Below are positions 14,218 to 27,485 of a stretch of 64,000 bases of DNA, piece after piece. The stretch comes from Eledone cirrhosa (taxonomy: Eukaryota): the NCBI GenBank assembly GCA_964016885.1, contig OZ024740.1:105958001-106022000 (forward strand), written 5' to 3'. The translations under genes were made by a program, and so were the position numbers. Positions within the stretch are counted from its first letter, which is position 1, and each line of letters starts with the position of its first letter. Under the pieces are notes generated by a model. The model did not search any database. It was not told the origin of the DNA and was given only the letters and a program-made list of their open reading frames with translations.

Positions 14218-15637
14218 CAGTGTGTACATATAAATAAGAGGTCTTACCAAACGTAAATCCGGCACTCTAAATACATGTTTTACAAACCTCTGTACTAACA
14301 TTCATGTATTTATCAATTTACTCATATCAGTCAATCTTTGAAATATTTCCATATCGGTGCTTTTCGCATGCAAATTGGAGTTTTAACAATTTACACATCT
14401 CTGTTTTAAACATAGTAATTTACACATAGTACTTTACACATATATACATGCGTGTTTTTATACATTTCGACGTCCTTGAAATAGTTATATTTCTATCAAA
14501 TTAACACCTAGTGACTTAAGACAGAAAGGGTACATAGGGCAATTTAGTAGGAGGCATACTAAAATCGATTAGATGGTCATGGTTAGAATATTTTTGATCA
14601 TAATCGTTTTCGATCATGACAGATTTGAGACAAACAACAACAACAATAGCAACGGCAACATACATCTCTATAAAATTAGCATTTATTGTTTTATACATTT
14701 ACACACGTTGTTTTGTTGTTATTTTTCCTTCAGTAAAACATCAGTGTACATGCATACATATAAACATTTCCAGTTGTCACGATAACTAGTGATTTTATAG
14801 TCTCATTAAAAAAGCCGCTTGAAATTCTGATGTTAACAGTGTACATAACGACCACTTTAAACCATGTACAGCAACGGCTGCCTCTAGCGTAATTTTTAAT
14901 TAGATATTTCATATTTTTGTAATTCATCATCATTACTGCGTTTTGATGTGCAGATTTTATCCGTTGAGCATGCGCACAGTATAAATCTTCCGGGTATTCA
15001 CATCTCTTCATTTTTTTTCTCTCATAGAAAAATCATGGTATTTCTGAAGTGCTGATATCTGTTGGGATCGTTGTGAAAATATTAGTGTTAAATGATGTCA
15101 ATAATAACCATGGAAGTTCTTATGTCGCTGATTTAACATCTACTTGAAATAAATCATTCATGTTTCTCACTTTCTTTCTCTTTTTATTACACAGAAGGAA
15201 ACTCATATATGACAGGTATAAAGTGTTCAATATAATAACATTTAAATGATTATAAATAGAATATAATGGACTGAATTAAATGGTATTTTGTCATGGTTCG
15301 AATAAAATACAATATTGTTTCTGCTTGACAGGTTTTATAAATGAAGTGACTCTTGAATCTTACATTTCATTCGTGAAATTGAAACATAAAATAAATTGTT
15401 CATTGATTCTTTTAACATCTTACTTTTTCAGTTTTTCTTCCTATTAGACTTATACATACACACAGAAGCGCGCATACACGCACACAAAGACGCACACACA
15501 GAGACTCGGGCAGACAAGCACACACACGTATATAAATACATATATTTGTTAGTATCATGGGGACTCTATATTCAAATATGCAAGCTAGGCTTATTATAGA
15601 TGGTTAATTGCCAAATCCTATCAACTATATATATATA

Positions 15638-16881
15638 CGAGGTGTGTCAGAGAAGTTCCAGGACTGATGTCACAAAAGATTTATTTCAAACCCAAACTTC
15701 ACACTAAGAGTTTTCTCCTTCAAAGTAATCTCTCTGGATTATGCAACTGTAGTCTTAGCTCTCTGCAGCGATCAAACTTTTTTCTTCATAATTTTATATA
15801 CATGTCCTCTGTTTCAGGTCGTCAAGCAATGAGCACAGAGCAACGAACAAACTTGAAGCAAGTGTATGGAGATGAGACGATGTCACGCTCACGTGGTTTT
15901 GAGTGGTGCAAGAGGTTTAAAGAAGGACGCGAGGACGTGGAAGATGACCCCAGGAGCGGAAGGCCCTCAACAACCAGGACTGAGGTCAACGTTGAGCGCA
16001 TCAGGCAGATGGTGCATAAAGATCGTCGGCTCACTGTTCGACTAATGGCAAATGAGCTGGGCATGAATCGGGAGAGCGTCTGGAAGATTCTCACTGAAGA
16101 TTTGGACATGCGGAAAGTCTGCGCGAAGATGGTGCCAAAACTGCTGAACGATGAGCAGAAGGGTCGACGCATGCAAGTGTGCCAGGACATCCTCGAACAT
16201 ATTGAAACCGAACCAGACTTGCTAGGGACAGTCATCACTGGTGATGAGTCATGGATCTTCGAATACGACCTGGAAACCAACCGCCAGAGCCTTCACTGGA
16301 AGAGTCCGTCGTCGCCAAGGCCGAAGAAAGCACGACAGTCGAAGTCCAAAGTTAAGGTCATGTTGATCACATTCTTCGATGTGAGGGGGACCGTCCACTA
16401 CGAGTTCTTGCCACAGGGCCAGACGATCAACCAACATGTCTACAAAGAGATACTGCAGCGTTTGCTTCGTTCAGTGCGTGAGAAGAGGCGAGAGTTGTGG
16501 CAGGACAACTCGTGACTACGCGCCTGCTCCCAATGCCCTGAGCATCCGACAGTTCCTGGCTGAAAACATCGCCATGCTGGAGCAACCTCCCTACTCCCCC
16601 GACCTGGCTCCGTGTGATTTTTTCCTATTCCCCCAGCTCAAGGGGTCATCAAGGGGACCCGTTTTGAAGACGTGGACGACATCAAACAGGCCGTGACGAC
16701 GGAACTGCGGAGGATCCAGGAAGAATCCTTCCTGGAGTGCATGCAAGCATGGCAGAAAAGGATGGAAAAGTGCGTTAGACTCCAGGGGGATTACTTTGAA
16801 GGAGAAAACTCTTAGTGTGAAGTTTGGGTTTGAAATAAATCTTTTGTGACATCAGTCCTGGAACTTTTCTGACACACCCCG
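15638..16881 (+). mobile_element. Mariner DNA transposon (1244 bp), ~101-bp TIRs, TA target duplication
   Basis: Left cgaggtgtgtcagagaagttccaggactgatgtcacaaaag... (15638-15738) matches the reverse complement of 16781-16881. TA lies on both sides. Confidence 0.95.
15829..16815 (+). pseudogene. Mariner transposase pseudogene
   Basis: HTH region EDDPRSGRP, KMVPKLL (WVPHEL-like linker), TGDESW, YSPDLAPCDFFLF, C-terminus GDYFEGENS*. In-frame N-terminal deletion (MSTEQRTNLK-QVYG), a deletion/frameshift at the HDNA motif (~16510) and a further frameshift near 16640. Confidence 0.9.
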
Positions 16882-16889
16882 TATAATAT

Positions 16890-16995
16890 AGAAAAGGCTT
16901 CTACAGGACTAGATCTGCTTCATTCGGGAGAAATCATCAGGAAGCTTGTATTGAGTATTTTACTTACTGTGGTCACACCCGATTGAACCCGGGAT
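16890..16995 (-). repeat. Fragment of the HHR-bearing family of 19030/21530, core mutated (GAAG)
   Basis: Minus strand: gcttc CTGATGA tttctcccgaat GAAGCAG atctagtc CTGTA gaagc. Confidence 0.55.
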
Positions 16996-17387
16996 AAACC
17001 TATATATATGTATATATATATATATATATATATAGGTATGTATGTACTAAGAGTGAGAAATGAAATTTCGTTTCATTCTATTCTATTTATATATATATAT
17101 CTCCTTCTACCGGGAGTTGAGATCGATAGATAGTATTAGCAATTGGAAAGACCAACGGAAACATTGTTTCCTCGGTCCGATTTGACGAAAGTCGATCGAG
17201 AAAAAACAAATTATATATATATATATAGATATATATATGTTAGCCAACTGTCACAGCTTCTATTTTACTAACCTTCCAATCGTATTTGTGTGACAGCTCA
17301 CACCTATGCAGGTTTAGCTGGCCTCCTCCAAAGTATATCTCTCTTGGGTAATTTAATGATAGGGACCCTAACCTATCATATCATTTC

Positions 17388-17520
17388 TACAGACGAGTAA
17401 ATTGGAGCAACGGGAAATAAAGTGCCTTGTTCAAGGAAACAACACATCACCCGGTCCAAGAATTGAACTCACAACCTTTCGATTCTAAGCCCAATGCTTT
17501 AACCACTAAGCCATGCGCCT
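17388..17520 (-). mobile_element. tRNA-headed CORE-like SINE 5' fragment
   Basis: Minus strand: ggcgcatggcttagtggttaaagc...gtgagttcaattc...gtttccttgaacaaggcacttta. Same family as 35366-35680. Confidence 0.7.
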
Positions 17521-17528
17521 TTACAATC

Positions 17529-17609
<81 letters not shown>

Positions 17610-17910
17610 TAGATGTATGCATGTGTATGTATATGTATTTCTGGATGTTAATCCACATGTATGTGTGTATGAATATATTTATGTATACCTAAGAGCGTTT
17701 GGTTAAACTTACCTCAGAGGATAGAAATCAGCGGCTAGAAGTGTGTTGGCCCGCAGGAGTGATTTCGACAATGTAACTAACGTACTACGTAAAATAGACG
17801 GCTCGTGCAACAGAGAAATAAATATTTCTGTTGGTATGATGTTTGTGTGAGGATGGAGCAGATTACATAGACAGCCAGATAGGTCAGAGAGAGGGGGATA
17901 TATATATATA

Positions 17911-17982
<72 letters not shown>

Positions 17983-18067
17983 AAAGTTATATTTAAAATT
18001 GTTGGGTTACAACGAGTAAATATTTTATAACTGATATAAAAGCACTCAACAGTTTCTGGAGTAGGTT

Positions 18068-18892
<825 letters not shown>

Positions 18893-19031
18893 AAATGCCG
18901 CCATTTGTCTGACTATTTAATCTGTTCTTTAAAATCTCTTGGCTAATGACCTCCACCCATCCGCAAAAATCACCTTCTTTCCTAACCGCTAGAAGACATA
19001 TAAATACAACCGTTTTACAAGAACAGTCGGC

Positions 19032-19079
19032 CTTCCTGATGATTTCTTTTGAATGAAACAGTTCTCGTCCTGTAGAAGC
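19032..19079 (+). ncRNA. Hammerhead candidate
   Basis: cttc CTGATGA tttcttttgaat GAA ACAG ttctcgtc CTGT A|gaag. GUA triplet; stem II is weak (closing T.T). Confidence 0.6.
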
Positions 19080-19154
19080 TATTTCTATATTAAACACTAT
19101 GTTTGTATTGTGTACCTTACTAACTGTGGTTACTCTCGATTGAATCCGGGTCTC

Positions 19155-19223
<69 letters not shown>

Positions 19224-19770
19224 CGTGCGTGTGTGTGTGTGTGCGCGTATGCGTGCGTGTGTGCGTGTGTGCGCGTGTATGTGTGTGTGTGTGTGTATGT
19301 GTGTGTGTGTTTGTGTGTGTGTGTAGGACACTGGGAGGTTATAGCCGAAGTAGTAGAGCACTCAGTCCATGGGACGAGTTCAGTAAATCCATTCAGTCGA
19401 GCTAAAGTTCCGCAAGGTGAAATAAACTGTCCTCGGTAATGTTTTTTCTTGGTGAGGAGAGTGACTTTGGACATCCTGCAGGACTAAAATCAAAACCTGT
19501 CAAAGGGCAAAGGAGCTCTTAAGAGTCAATGGCCATCCAAAATCACCGGGAGAGATGACCCCTTAGCCTTTATAAAGTAGTGGCCGTACTCGAAAACGAG
19601 TTGTCAGCCACCATGTAAAAGGTAAACAGAAATAACAACACAATCGGTACAGTATATGGAAGGTATATATTAGGTTAGGGCTTGATATAGCAGGAAGAGG
19701 GTCTTAACGTTTCTGACGCAAGTCCTTCATCAAAAGTTAGAATGAAAATTAAAATAGATTGAGGGGACGG

Positions 19771-19835
<65 letters not shown>

Positions 19836-19852
19836 GAGAGAGAAGGGATACG

Positions 19853-19885
<33 letters not shown>

Positions 19886-19935
19886 ATATATATATAGAGA
19901 GAGATATAGATATAGATATATATATATATATATAT

Positions 19936-19967
<32 letters not shown>

Positions 19968-20323
19968 GTAAATCTGCCTGTATATGTGCTTCATATTGTG
20001 TTACATGGATTTATTCACAAATATACAAATCCAGATGATTTATTACGGTTAGGTTAAGAATATTACTGAATCTCTAGTCACTAGTCTTATTGTTCGATTG
20101 CCGAATCAATCGCTTATAACAATTTCCTGATAACAATTCACCTTTAACCTTCATTTTAAGATATCAATATTTAGCATAAATTATACTAGGAATATTCTAG
20201 GGCTTCTCTTTAAGGAGTTAGATTCAATATGTATGTTTGTTTCTTTCAAATTCCATTCCTATATATTTCCCAAATGATTTGTGTTTGTGAGGCTGAATAC
20301 ATTTCAGAGAGAAATTTGATATG

Positions 20324-20387
<64 letters not shown>

Positions 20388-20609
20388 GAATATATATATA
20401 CATGAATGAAAAGAGAATTTACATGTGTTCAAAGGCTTTTGAGCAAACATTGAAACGTATTCTTTCTGCAGCTAGCTGACAGTTACATTCAATACAGAAT
20501 GCTGGTTTGCATTTCATTACAAATAGAACATGTCACAGTAGCTTTTTACAATAGAACAGTGTTGGACACATAGGTAATCTGATATCTTTAGATCTCTCAC
20601 TAAAATTTT

Positions 20610-20660
20610 GTACAGCGATAATTATAATTTATCTACAATAAATTATAATTATCGCTGTAC
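20610..20660. repeat. Perfect hairpin, 23-bp arms and 5-nt loop, followed by a partial duplication
   Basis: gtacagcgataattataatttat-ctaca-ataaattataattatcgctgtac. Confidence 0.9.
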
Positions 20661-20740
20661 GATAATTATAATTTATGTACAATAAATTAAGGTTTTCTGG
20701 CTCACGACTTCAAGTATGTTTACATTTTATTATTTATTTT

Positions 20741-20784
20741 TCTACTTTATGTAAACCCTTGTGGTTAATAAAGAAATCATTATT
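20741..20784 (+). mobile_element. 44-bp 3' tip of the L1/Tx1-like LINE at 56-57.8 kb
   Basis: tctactttatgtaaacccttgtggttaataaagaaatcattatt is the reverse complement of ~56068-56111. Confidence 0.75.
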
Positions 20785-20794
20785 TATTTTTCAC

Positions 20795-21095
20795 GCCGAG
20801 GTTAACTTTGCCTTTCATCTTATGGGGTCGATAAAATAAAGTAGCAGTAATCTACTGGCTAATTGCTGGCCTTGTGCCTATATAAGAAACCATTATTTAT
20901 TTTTCATGCGGTGGATTGGCAGTATCGGTAGAGGGTCGGACGCCATGCTTTGCAGCACAGTTACGTCCCTTTACGGACTGAGTTCAAATCCTGCCGAGGT
21001 TAACTTTGCCTTTCATCCTTACGGGGTCGATTAAATAATGTACCAGTAATACACTGGGATAATTGCTGGTCTTGTGCCAAAAGTAGAAACAAGTA
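20795..21095 (+). mobile_element. Two tandem SINE copies (partial 20795-20895, near-full 20907-21095)
   Basis: Same A/B boxes, core and tail as 8360. Confidence 0.85.
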
Positions 21096-21419
21096 TTTAT
21101 ATTTCATGCAGCAAACGTCCCTGGGTATTCCCCTTGGTCATTCATTAAAGTTAACATGCCATTTAGTGTTATTTCTAAAAAAAAGAAAACGTGTGTATGT
21201 GTGTGTGTGTGTAAAAGTGCTTTTTCTAAAAGATTTCCTTCCATTTCTTCCTCTTCTCATTCTCTATCTTTCTATTTCATCTTTTATTTCTAAATCTAAC
21301 TTCTAATGAAGGACTAGCGTCTAAAGCGTAAGAACTCACCTATATCAAGCTTTAAACTAACATATTTCTTCATTTTAATGTGCTGTTTGCTTTATTGTTT
21401 CTATCTACCTTTTTGCTTA

Positions 21420-21450
<31 letters not shown>

Positions 21451-21528
21451 TGTGTCTGTATTCCGGACTTAATCGGGGGTAACGACAGTTAGTAAGGTAC
21501 TCAATACGTAGCAGAGTGTAAGTGCTTA

Positions 21529-21638
21529 ATATAGAAATGGCTTCTACAGGACTACAACTGTTTCATTCGAAGGAAATCATCAGGAACGCTTTCCTGGTGA
21601 TTTCATTCGAATGAAACTGTTCTATTCCTGTAGAAGCC

Positions 21639-21646
<8 letters not shown>
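21529..21646. mobile_element. Mini-palindrome made of two back-to-back hammerhead motifs
   Basis: gaaatggcttctacaggactacaactgtttcattcgaaggaaatcatcaggaa-cgct-ttcctggtgatttcattcgaatgaaactgttctattcctgtagaagccatttc. Confidence 0.75.
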
Positions 21647-21697
<51 letters not shown>

Positions 21698-22084
21698 AGT
21701 AAGTATTATATGATGACATCCTACCTGGGCTTTTTTCTAACCTCTTCTCTCCCCTAACTTCTCTCCTACTCCTGTTTTTGTCCCTGGTAAAATACTAACT
21801 TCTAATACGTTGAAGACTCGTCTGCTTTCCATGTCATACAAGCGTGAAATTAATACCACTTTTTGTAATTGTCCACTGTGTGTGTTTTCAATACTTTTCT
21901 TTGTTGACCTTGCGATATATATACATATATATATATATACATATATATATACATATATATACGTTGGTGAAGGTAGGCCGTGTGGTTATGGACGTCACTT
22001 TGCAAACGCCTGGTGCTGCCTTCAAGCACGCTGCGTGTTTAAAGAATAAAAAAGAAATTATATATATATAATATATATACATGA

Positions 22085-22640
22085 GGATGATTGCAGCATC
22101 TTCACAGACGATTGCCGTCTCTTATTGATTCTTTATTATCATCCCATCTACGTTCACTACTTTGTAGATGACTTTGAAGACCAGCTGTAGATCTGCATGG
22201 TTTACGACACAGGTGACATAAAAAAGTTGTGCTTTCCACAGGACTGGTGGTGTCGACCTGTGGGACACAATCTTTATGTACTACCATGCGTTGTTTGTTA
22301 GTCCGGTACTACTTCTACACACTTTGTTGCATATCACGCACGTTGTTTCACCATGTCTTTGTTGAGTGGTGTTGCAGGTGGTTATCCTTTTATGTGACTT
22401 CAGTTGATTAACATAACCAGCCGTTGAGAGGAGTATACGCTGACAGAATTTGCATGTCTGACTACTGATGACTTCATTACGACTGTGAGCACAGCCCTTC
22501 CGGAGCTGACGCTTCAGTTGTCTATGTTCTAGACGACATTTGTCAAAGGTTTTGCAACTGCCCTTTATGCGCTTTTTCCACTCAGCGCTATAAATAGAGC
22601 TGTCTCCTCCCAGTTGTCTATATCAAATGTCAGCTCTATA
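22085..22640 (-). mobile_element. RTE-clade LINE 3' remnant
   Basis: Minus strand gives DIDNWEETAL..EWKKRIK and FLCHLCRKPCRSTAGLQSH (C2H2-like), both resembling RTE ORF C-termini. Heavily decayed. Confidence 0.55.
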
Positions 22641-23089
22641 TACATACATACATGATGGCTTCTCCCTCGTTATCGAGTATGGCCATTGCACGATATACCG
22701 TTATTAATAATTATTAATAAATTCTATCGTGCAATGCCTGTGCGTGAAGATATTTTTTAAAGTGAGGAAAGACTGTGCACTGAGCCAATCCCACTCTCTG
22801 AGCGACAGTAGCTATAACCCGAAAAGAAGAAAAGATCAACATCATCGGTAACTACTGAGCCGCAGGTTTTATATCGGAGTTAGTCCAGTTTCCTGAGTTG
22901 CCCTCTCCTAGAAGAATGCCCTGACAAGGACTAGGGGTCCTTCACTCCCAGTGGTTTAAGCGCGCGATCGGGTGTCCAGCCCGACTATTTCTATGTCCCT
23001 GCGCATATACATACACATGCACCCATGTATATACACATATACATATACATACATATGTAGATGTGTATATACATATTTACACACTTTTG

Positions 23090-23215
23090 GATGGCCGTTA
23101 ACTCCTATGAGTTCTTCCGCCCTTTGTCAGGTTTTGTTTTTTGTCCTGCAGGGTGTCCAAAATCACCCTCATCACCAAGTAAACTTGGTGGGGTTACTGG
23201 TTTAGTCGCCGACAT
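23090..23215. repeat. Dispersed repeat (also 32050-32200 and inverted at ~19450-19540)
   Basis: Shared gtcctgcagggtgtccaaaatcaccctc.tcaccaagtaaacttggtggggtt.c.ggtttagtcgccgac. Confidence 0.75.
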
Positions 23216-23636
23216 ACATACATATACCTGTGATTATTGGGGCACTGGGATATGTTAGTAACTGCCTCAATACAAATCTTGAGAAGCTGCGCTTTACTGG
23301 AAGAGAAAGAACACAACTAGTTAGGAAAAATTACCAGTACAATCCGTTAATGGAACAGTAAAAATATGTAAAACATTCCAAAAATGTTGCACCTAATAAA
23401 TGCTTATACACATGTACAGATACAAGGCGTATGCACATGTACACATGCAACTTAAAACATATACATCCACACATACAATAACATCCATACCTACACATGC
23501 ATGCATGCAGACATGCAGACATATCTACCTAGTTGATGTGTAAATTCCAGTGAGAGAGTCTTGTAACTATATTAGAAACTGACTCTCTCTCTAGTGGCAA
23601 AAATGTGTGAAAGTATATAACCAGAAGAATACATAT

Positions 23637-23683
<47 letters not shown>

Positions 23684-24219
23684 TGTGTGTGTGTGTATAA
23701 GCATATATATTACATATACATAGATATGTGGGTGTGGATGTGTGGATGTAATCGACTAAGTTTCACTTTGCCATAGTGATTACAGTAATTTTAAACAGTA
23801 AACACATTCCTTACTTCAATCATTATTTAATTCATTTTACTTAATTTAATTTTTTATCGCTTCCTTTGCCTTTTTTTTTCTCACCAGAATTAGTAATTGA
23901 GTTAATTTGTTTATTTAATTCCTACAGGAGTAATTTTGATTAATTACATTTTTCTTCACTTAAAATTTCGTGATCACTTAAAGAATTATTTTCCAAAAAA
24001 CTGGCATCGTGTGAATAGTTAACTTCGCAAACGTGGATCAAACCTGGATCCTACTGTACGACACTTTCGACACGCTTCTTTTACCAGACTCAATTTTGAA
24101 ATTTTATTGATGGACGCTGTGTGGAATCTTGTATATTTACTCCAATAATTTGTTGAGTGCTTTATATCAGTTATAAAAATATTTTGCTTGTTGTATCCCA
24201 ACAAATTAAATATAACCTC

Positions 24220-24262
<43 letters not shown>

Positions 24263-24545
24263 GTAGTTAAGACGGGATTAAATCACCATAATTGTTTTAT
24301 TGCATTATATATATTTCTCTTACATGGTTATTCATGTAACTTCGTCAGGTACTTGCGCAATCATTGATGTAGTTATGCAATCATTGTGATATGCACATCC
24401 ATCCAGTTGCACATCCATGCTGAACCACTTCACAACTGGAAGGACGTGCATGGCCACCAGCATTTCACAATGATTGCATAGCTATGTCACAGAAATATAG
24501 ATAATGCTATAAACAATTATGGTGACTTAACCTCGTCTTAACTAC
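24263..24545. mobile_element. Small PLE-like inverted-repeat element with minus-strand HHR candidate (24299-24355)
   Basis: Arms gtagttaagacgggattaaatcaccataattgttt / aaacaattatggtgacttaacctcgtcttaactac. Minus strand: gtac CTGACGA ag ttacatg aataac catgtaa ga GAA ATATATAT A atgc. Confidence 0.6.
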
Positions 24546-24809
24546 GATTATGATCTGAGTTCAAATCCCGCCGAGGTTAACTTTGCCTTTCATCCATACG
24601 GGGTCGATAAAATAAAGTACCAGTAATGTACTGGATAATTGCTGGCCTTGTGCCAAAAGTAGAAACAATTATTTGATAAATGAATACTCCGTCACTCATA
24701 ATCACCTACCTGGGATAAACTACTGATGTGTAGTGCTTTGGTTCGCTTGGACCTGCTTATCATAGGAACTTACTACGTAACAACTAAGATAAGCAACACT
24801 CTTGTGCAA

Positions 24810-24848
<39 letters not shown>

Positions 24849-24850
<2 letters not shown>

Positions 24851-24909
24851 GGCTGTTCCATTTAAAATGTATACACACTTTGGTTAGAATGATGTTGAAG
24901 TGGGACACC

Positions 24910-24912
<3 letters not shown>
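24849..24912. mobile_element. 64-bp internally deleted Tc1/mariner MITE
   Basis: caggctgttcc...gggacaccctg between (TA)n tracts. Internal sequence matches the reverse complement of 37546-37643. Confidence 0.65.
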
Positions 24913-24948
<36 letters not shown>

Positions 24949-25003
24949 AATAAAATACAGAGTTACTAACTCATATTGCTACCCTGCACTTAACTTATAT
25001 AAT

Positions 25004-25170
25004 TATTTCTACTTTTAGCACAAGGCCAGCAAATATCCAGTGCATTACTGGTACTTTATTTTATTGACCTCGTAAGGATGAAAGGCAAAGTTAACCTCGG
25101 AGGGATTTGAACTCAGAATGGCAAGGACCGCAATTCTATGCGTCTACCGATACTGCCAATCCACCGCCCT
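25004..25170 (-). mobile_element. SINE insertion with 17-bp target-site duplication
   Basis: cacttaacttatataat at 24987-25003 and 25175-25191. It sits in the spacer of a ~44-bp inverted repeat (24945-24988 / ~25224-25265). Confidence 0.85.
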
Positions 25171-25420
25171 TATCCACTTAACTTATATAATGTTCAGTAT
25201 TTATACTTTGAGCTTGTTAATTGCAGAGTATCAATATGTGTTAGTAACTCTGTATTTTATTTGTATTTTGGCTCCCTATCTAGGTGAGCTTATAAGTTGG
25301 GTGTACTAAGGCTATTATTTCTAGCATATTCACTCACACCACTTATAACGTCCAACGCACGAGGTGAGATATTCATTCGTGTGGATTGTAGTTACATGTG
25401 TTTGTTCCATTTGATCATAC

Positions 25421-25505
25421 CTCTCGCTGAGGAAAGCCTTCGGATTATCTGTAACAAACACAATTTTCAGGGCGAAACAGATTAAATCTCTAATCTGTCC
25501 GAGAG
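25421..25505 (+). ncRNA. Type I hammerhead ribozyme with full 8-bp stem III
   Basis: ctctcg CTGAGGA aa gcct...agggc GAA ACAGATTA aatctc TAATCTGT C|cgagag. GUC at 25497-25499. Confidence 0.8.
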
Positions 25506-25671
25506 ATGAAATAGTTATTGATACGGTCTGTATATATATATTATATGTATATATATATTATATATCTTACGTTTGCTTCAGGTTAAATCTATCAAACCAA
25601 TGTGGTATTTCTACCCTCGTAATTTTAGACACACAATTTACTGTGTTTATTTCTACACACACACATTTCCA

Positions 25672-25713
<42 letters not shown>

Positions 25714-26209
25714 TGGAAATGAAATGATACAAACGGAACAAACAATTTCCCATCTTCAGCCCCGCCCCTTCTTGAACGCAGATATTCAAAGATATCACGT
25801 TTCATTCTTTGCCTTTCATCCTTACGGGGTCGATAAAATAAAGTACCAGTAATGCACTGGGTAATTGCTGGCCTTGTGCCTAAAGTAGAAACAATTATAT
25901 TAAGAATGATAACTGTCACGTTCACAGTATACCACAACAGCTGGGGAAATTATCTCAGCTGGTGTTCACAAACAGTCAGTACAATGGTTGAGTATCGAGG
26001 AAAAATAGATTAGTAGTTGCTGCCCAAGGATGTATTACATGGCATGGATTATTCGGTAAATTACACGAGATTATTAACAGGGGCGATGCATGAAGAAAAA
26101 TAAACATTATTTCTGACGAATAAGTTGAAACGTAGAACATGGAAACGATCTGAAATAAATTAAAGTTGCCAGTCGTTATACTGAAAGTAGAAGGAACAGG
26201 AAATAATAT

Positions 26210-26412
26210 TTTAGCTTAAGCACAAGGCCAGCAATTTTGGAGGAAGGGAAAGTCGATTAAATCGACCCCTGTGCATTGCATGTGCTTACGTTATCGACAT
26301 CGTAATGATAAAAGGCAAAACTAACCTCGGAGGGATTTGAACGCAGAACGTAAAGGACTGTGACTCTCTGCTGCAAAACATGTTGTCCGATGCTCAACCG
26401 ATACTGCCACTC
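26210..26412 (-). mobile_element. Diverged tRNA-derived SINE
   Basis: gcacaaggccagcaattttgg...aaaggcaaaactaacctcggagggatttgaac...accgatactgcca. Confidence 0.75.
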
Positions 26413-26772
26413 TAATGCAAATGAAATGTGGCCTTAAATACTCAACGAACCAGCCTTGTGCCCCCTGCCTGTAGATAAGACGAAGATAATAACAATAAGT
26501 GGATAAAGAACGGGACAAAATGCGGTTGAATAGTATGGAAGGTGAGAAGGAAATGATGACATTCGGTAACATGGATATCAGTGTTTCTCCTAAATTTGTA
26601 TGTTTTCTTCTAAACTTGCAGGTTTGAATAGAGATGACGGACTGACAGTCTCATAGAAAATAAATGAATCATGGAGAGATTCACAAAATATATAATATGA
26701 ATATTTACGGTCTTTAGCTTATATACAACTCTTTCCAGCAATCTAACGAGTGACAACGTTATAATAAATCTA

Positions 26773-27128
26773 CGAGGGTGGGCTAAAACGTTCTTAGGTT
26801 GGCTATGAAGGAGTGATGCTAGAGCTGTGAAATCTTGCATTCATTAATTTCAACTCTTATTAATAACTACATTTACGTTCTGAGTTCAAATCCCACCGAA
26901 GTTAGCTTTGCCTTTCATCCTTACGGGGTCGATAAAATAAAGTACCAGTAACACACTGGGTCGATTTAATTAACTCCCCTCTCCTCAAATTGCTGGTCTT
27001 GTGACTTTAGGAGAAATCATTATTAGTAACTGCATTGTTCTTTTCTAGTCACTGTTGAAAAATAAACCTCGTTTGGTCATTCCATGAGAGTATCTTGGTC
27101 AGCCTATGACCTTTTCAGCTGACCCTCG
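26773..27128. mobile_element. Mariner-type MITE with a nested SINE fragment (26872-27025)
   Basis: TA|cgagggtgggctaaaacgttcttagg ... cctatgaccttttcagctgaccctcg|TA, imperfect ~28-bp TIRs. Confidence 0.7.
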
Positions 27129-27424
27129 TACGATAGGCAAACACTCTTCTTATAGGAAGTCAAACGATAAGACGTCATGTATCAATAAAAGCCCCAAATA
27201 GCGCTAAGATATAATTAAAAAGCAAGTAGTATCCAGATAGGAAAGTCACCCAATGCAATGATTTTATAATAATAGTCAAGACACTCACTGTAAATAATAG
27301 TTTTAAAAATCGGGTAAAGCTCACTTGGAGACGGAAAGGGGAGAACAAAGGTAACTGGGATGAATTATACCACACATCTCCCGTCCTCAGGATGGCGAGA
27401 GATGTGCTTTAGTCATTACTACAA

Positions 27425-27480
<56 letters not shown>

Positions 27481-27485
<5 letters not shown>

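Noticed and set aside
15667-15828. N-terminal extension of the 282-aa mariner ORF
   Set aside because: It lies in the TIR and 5' UTR; transposase similarity starts at MSTEQR (15829).
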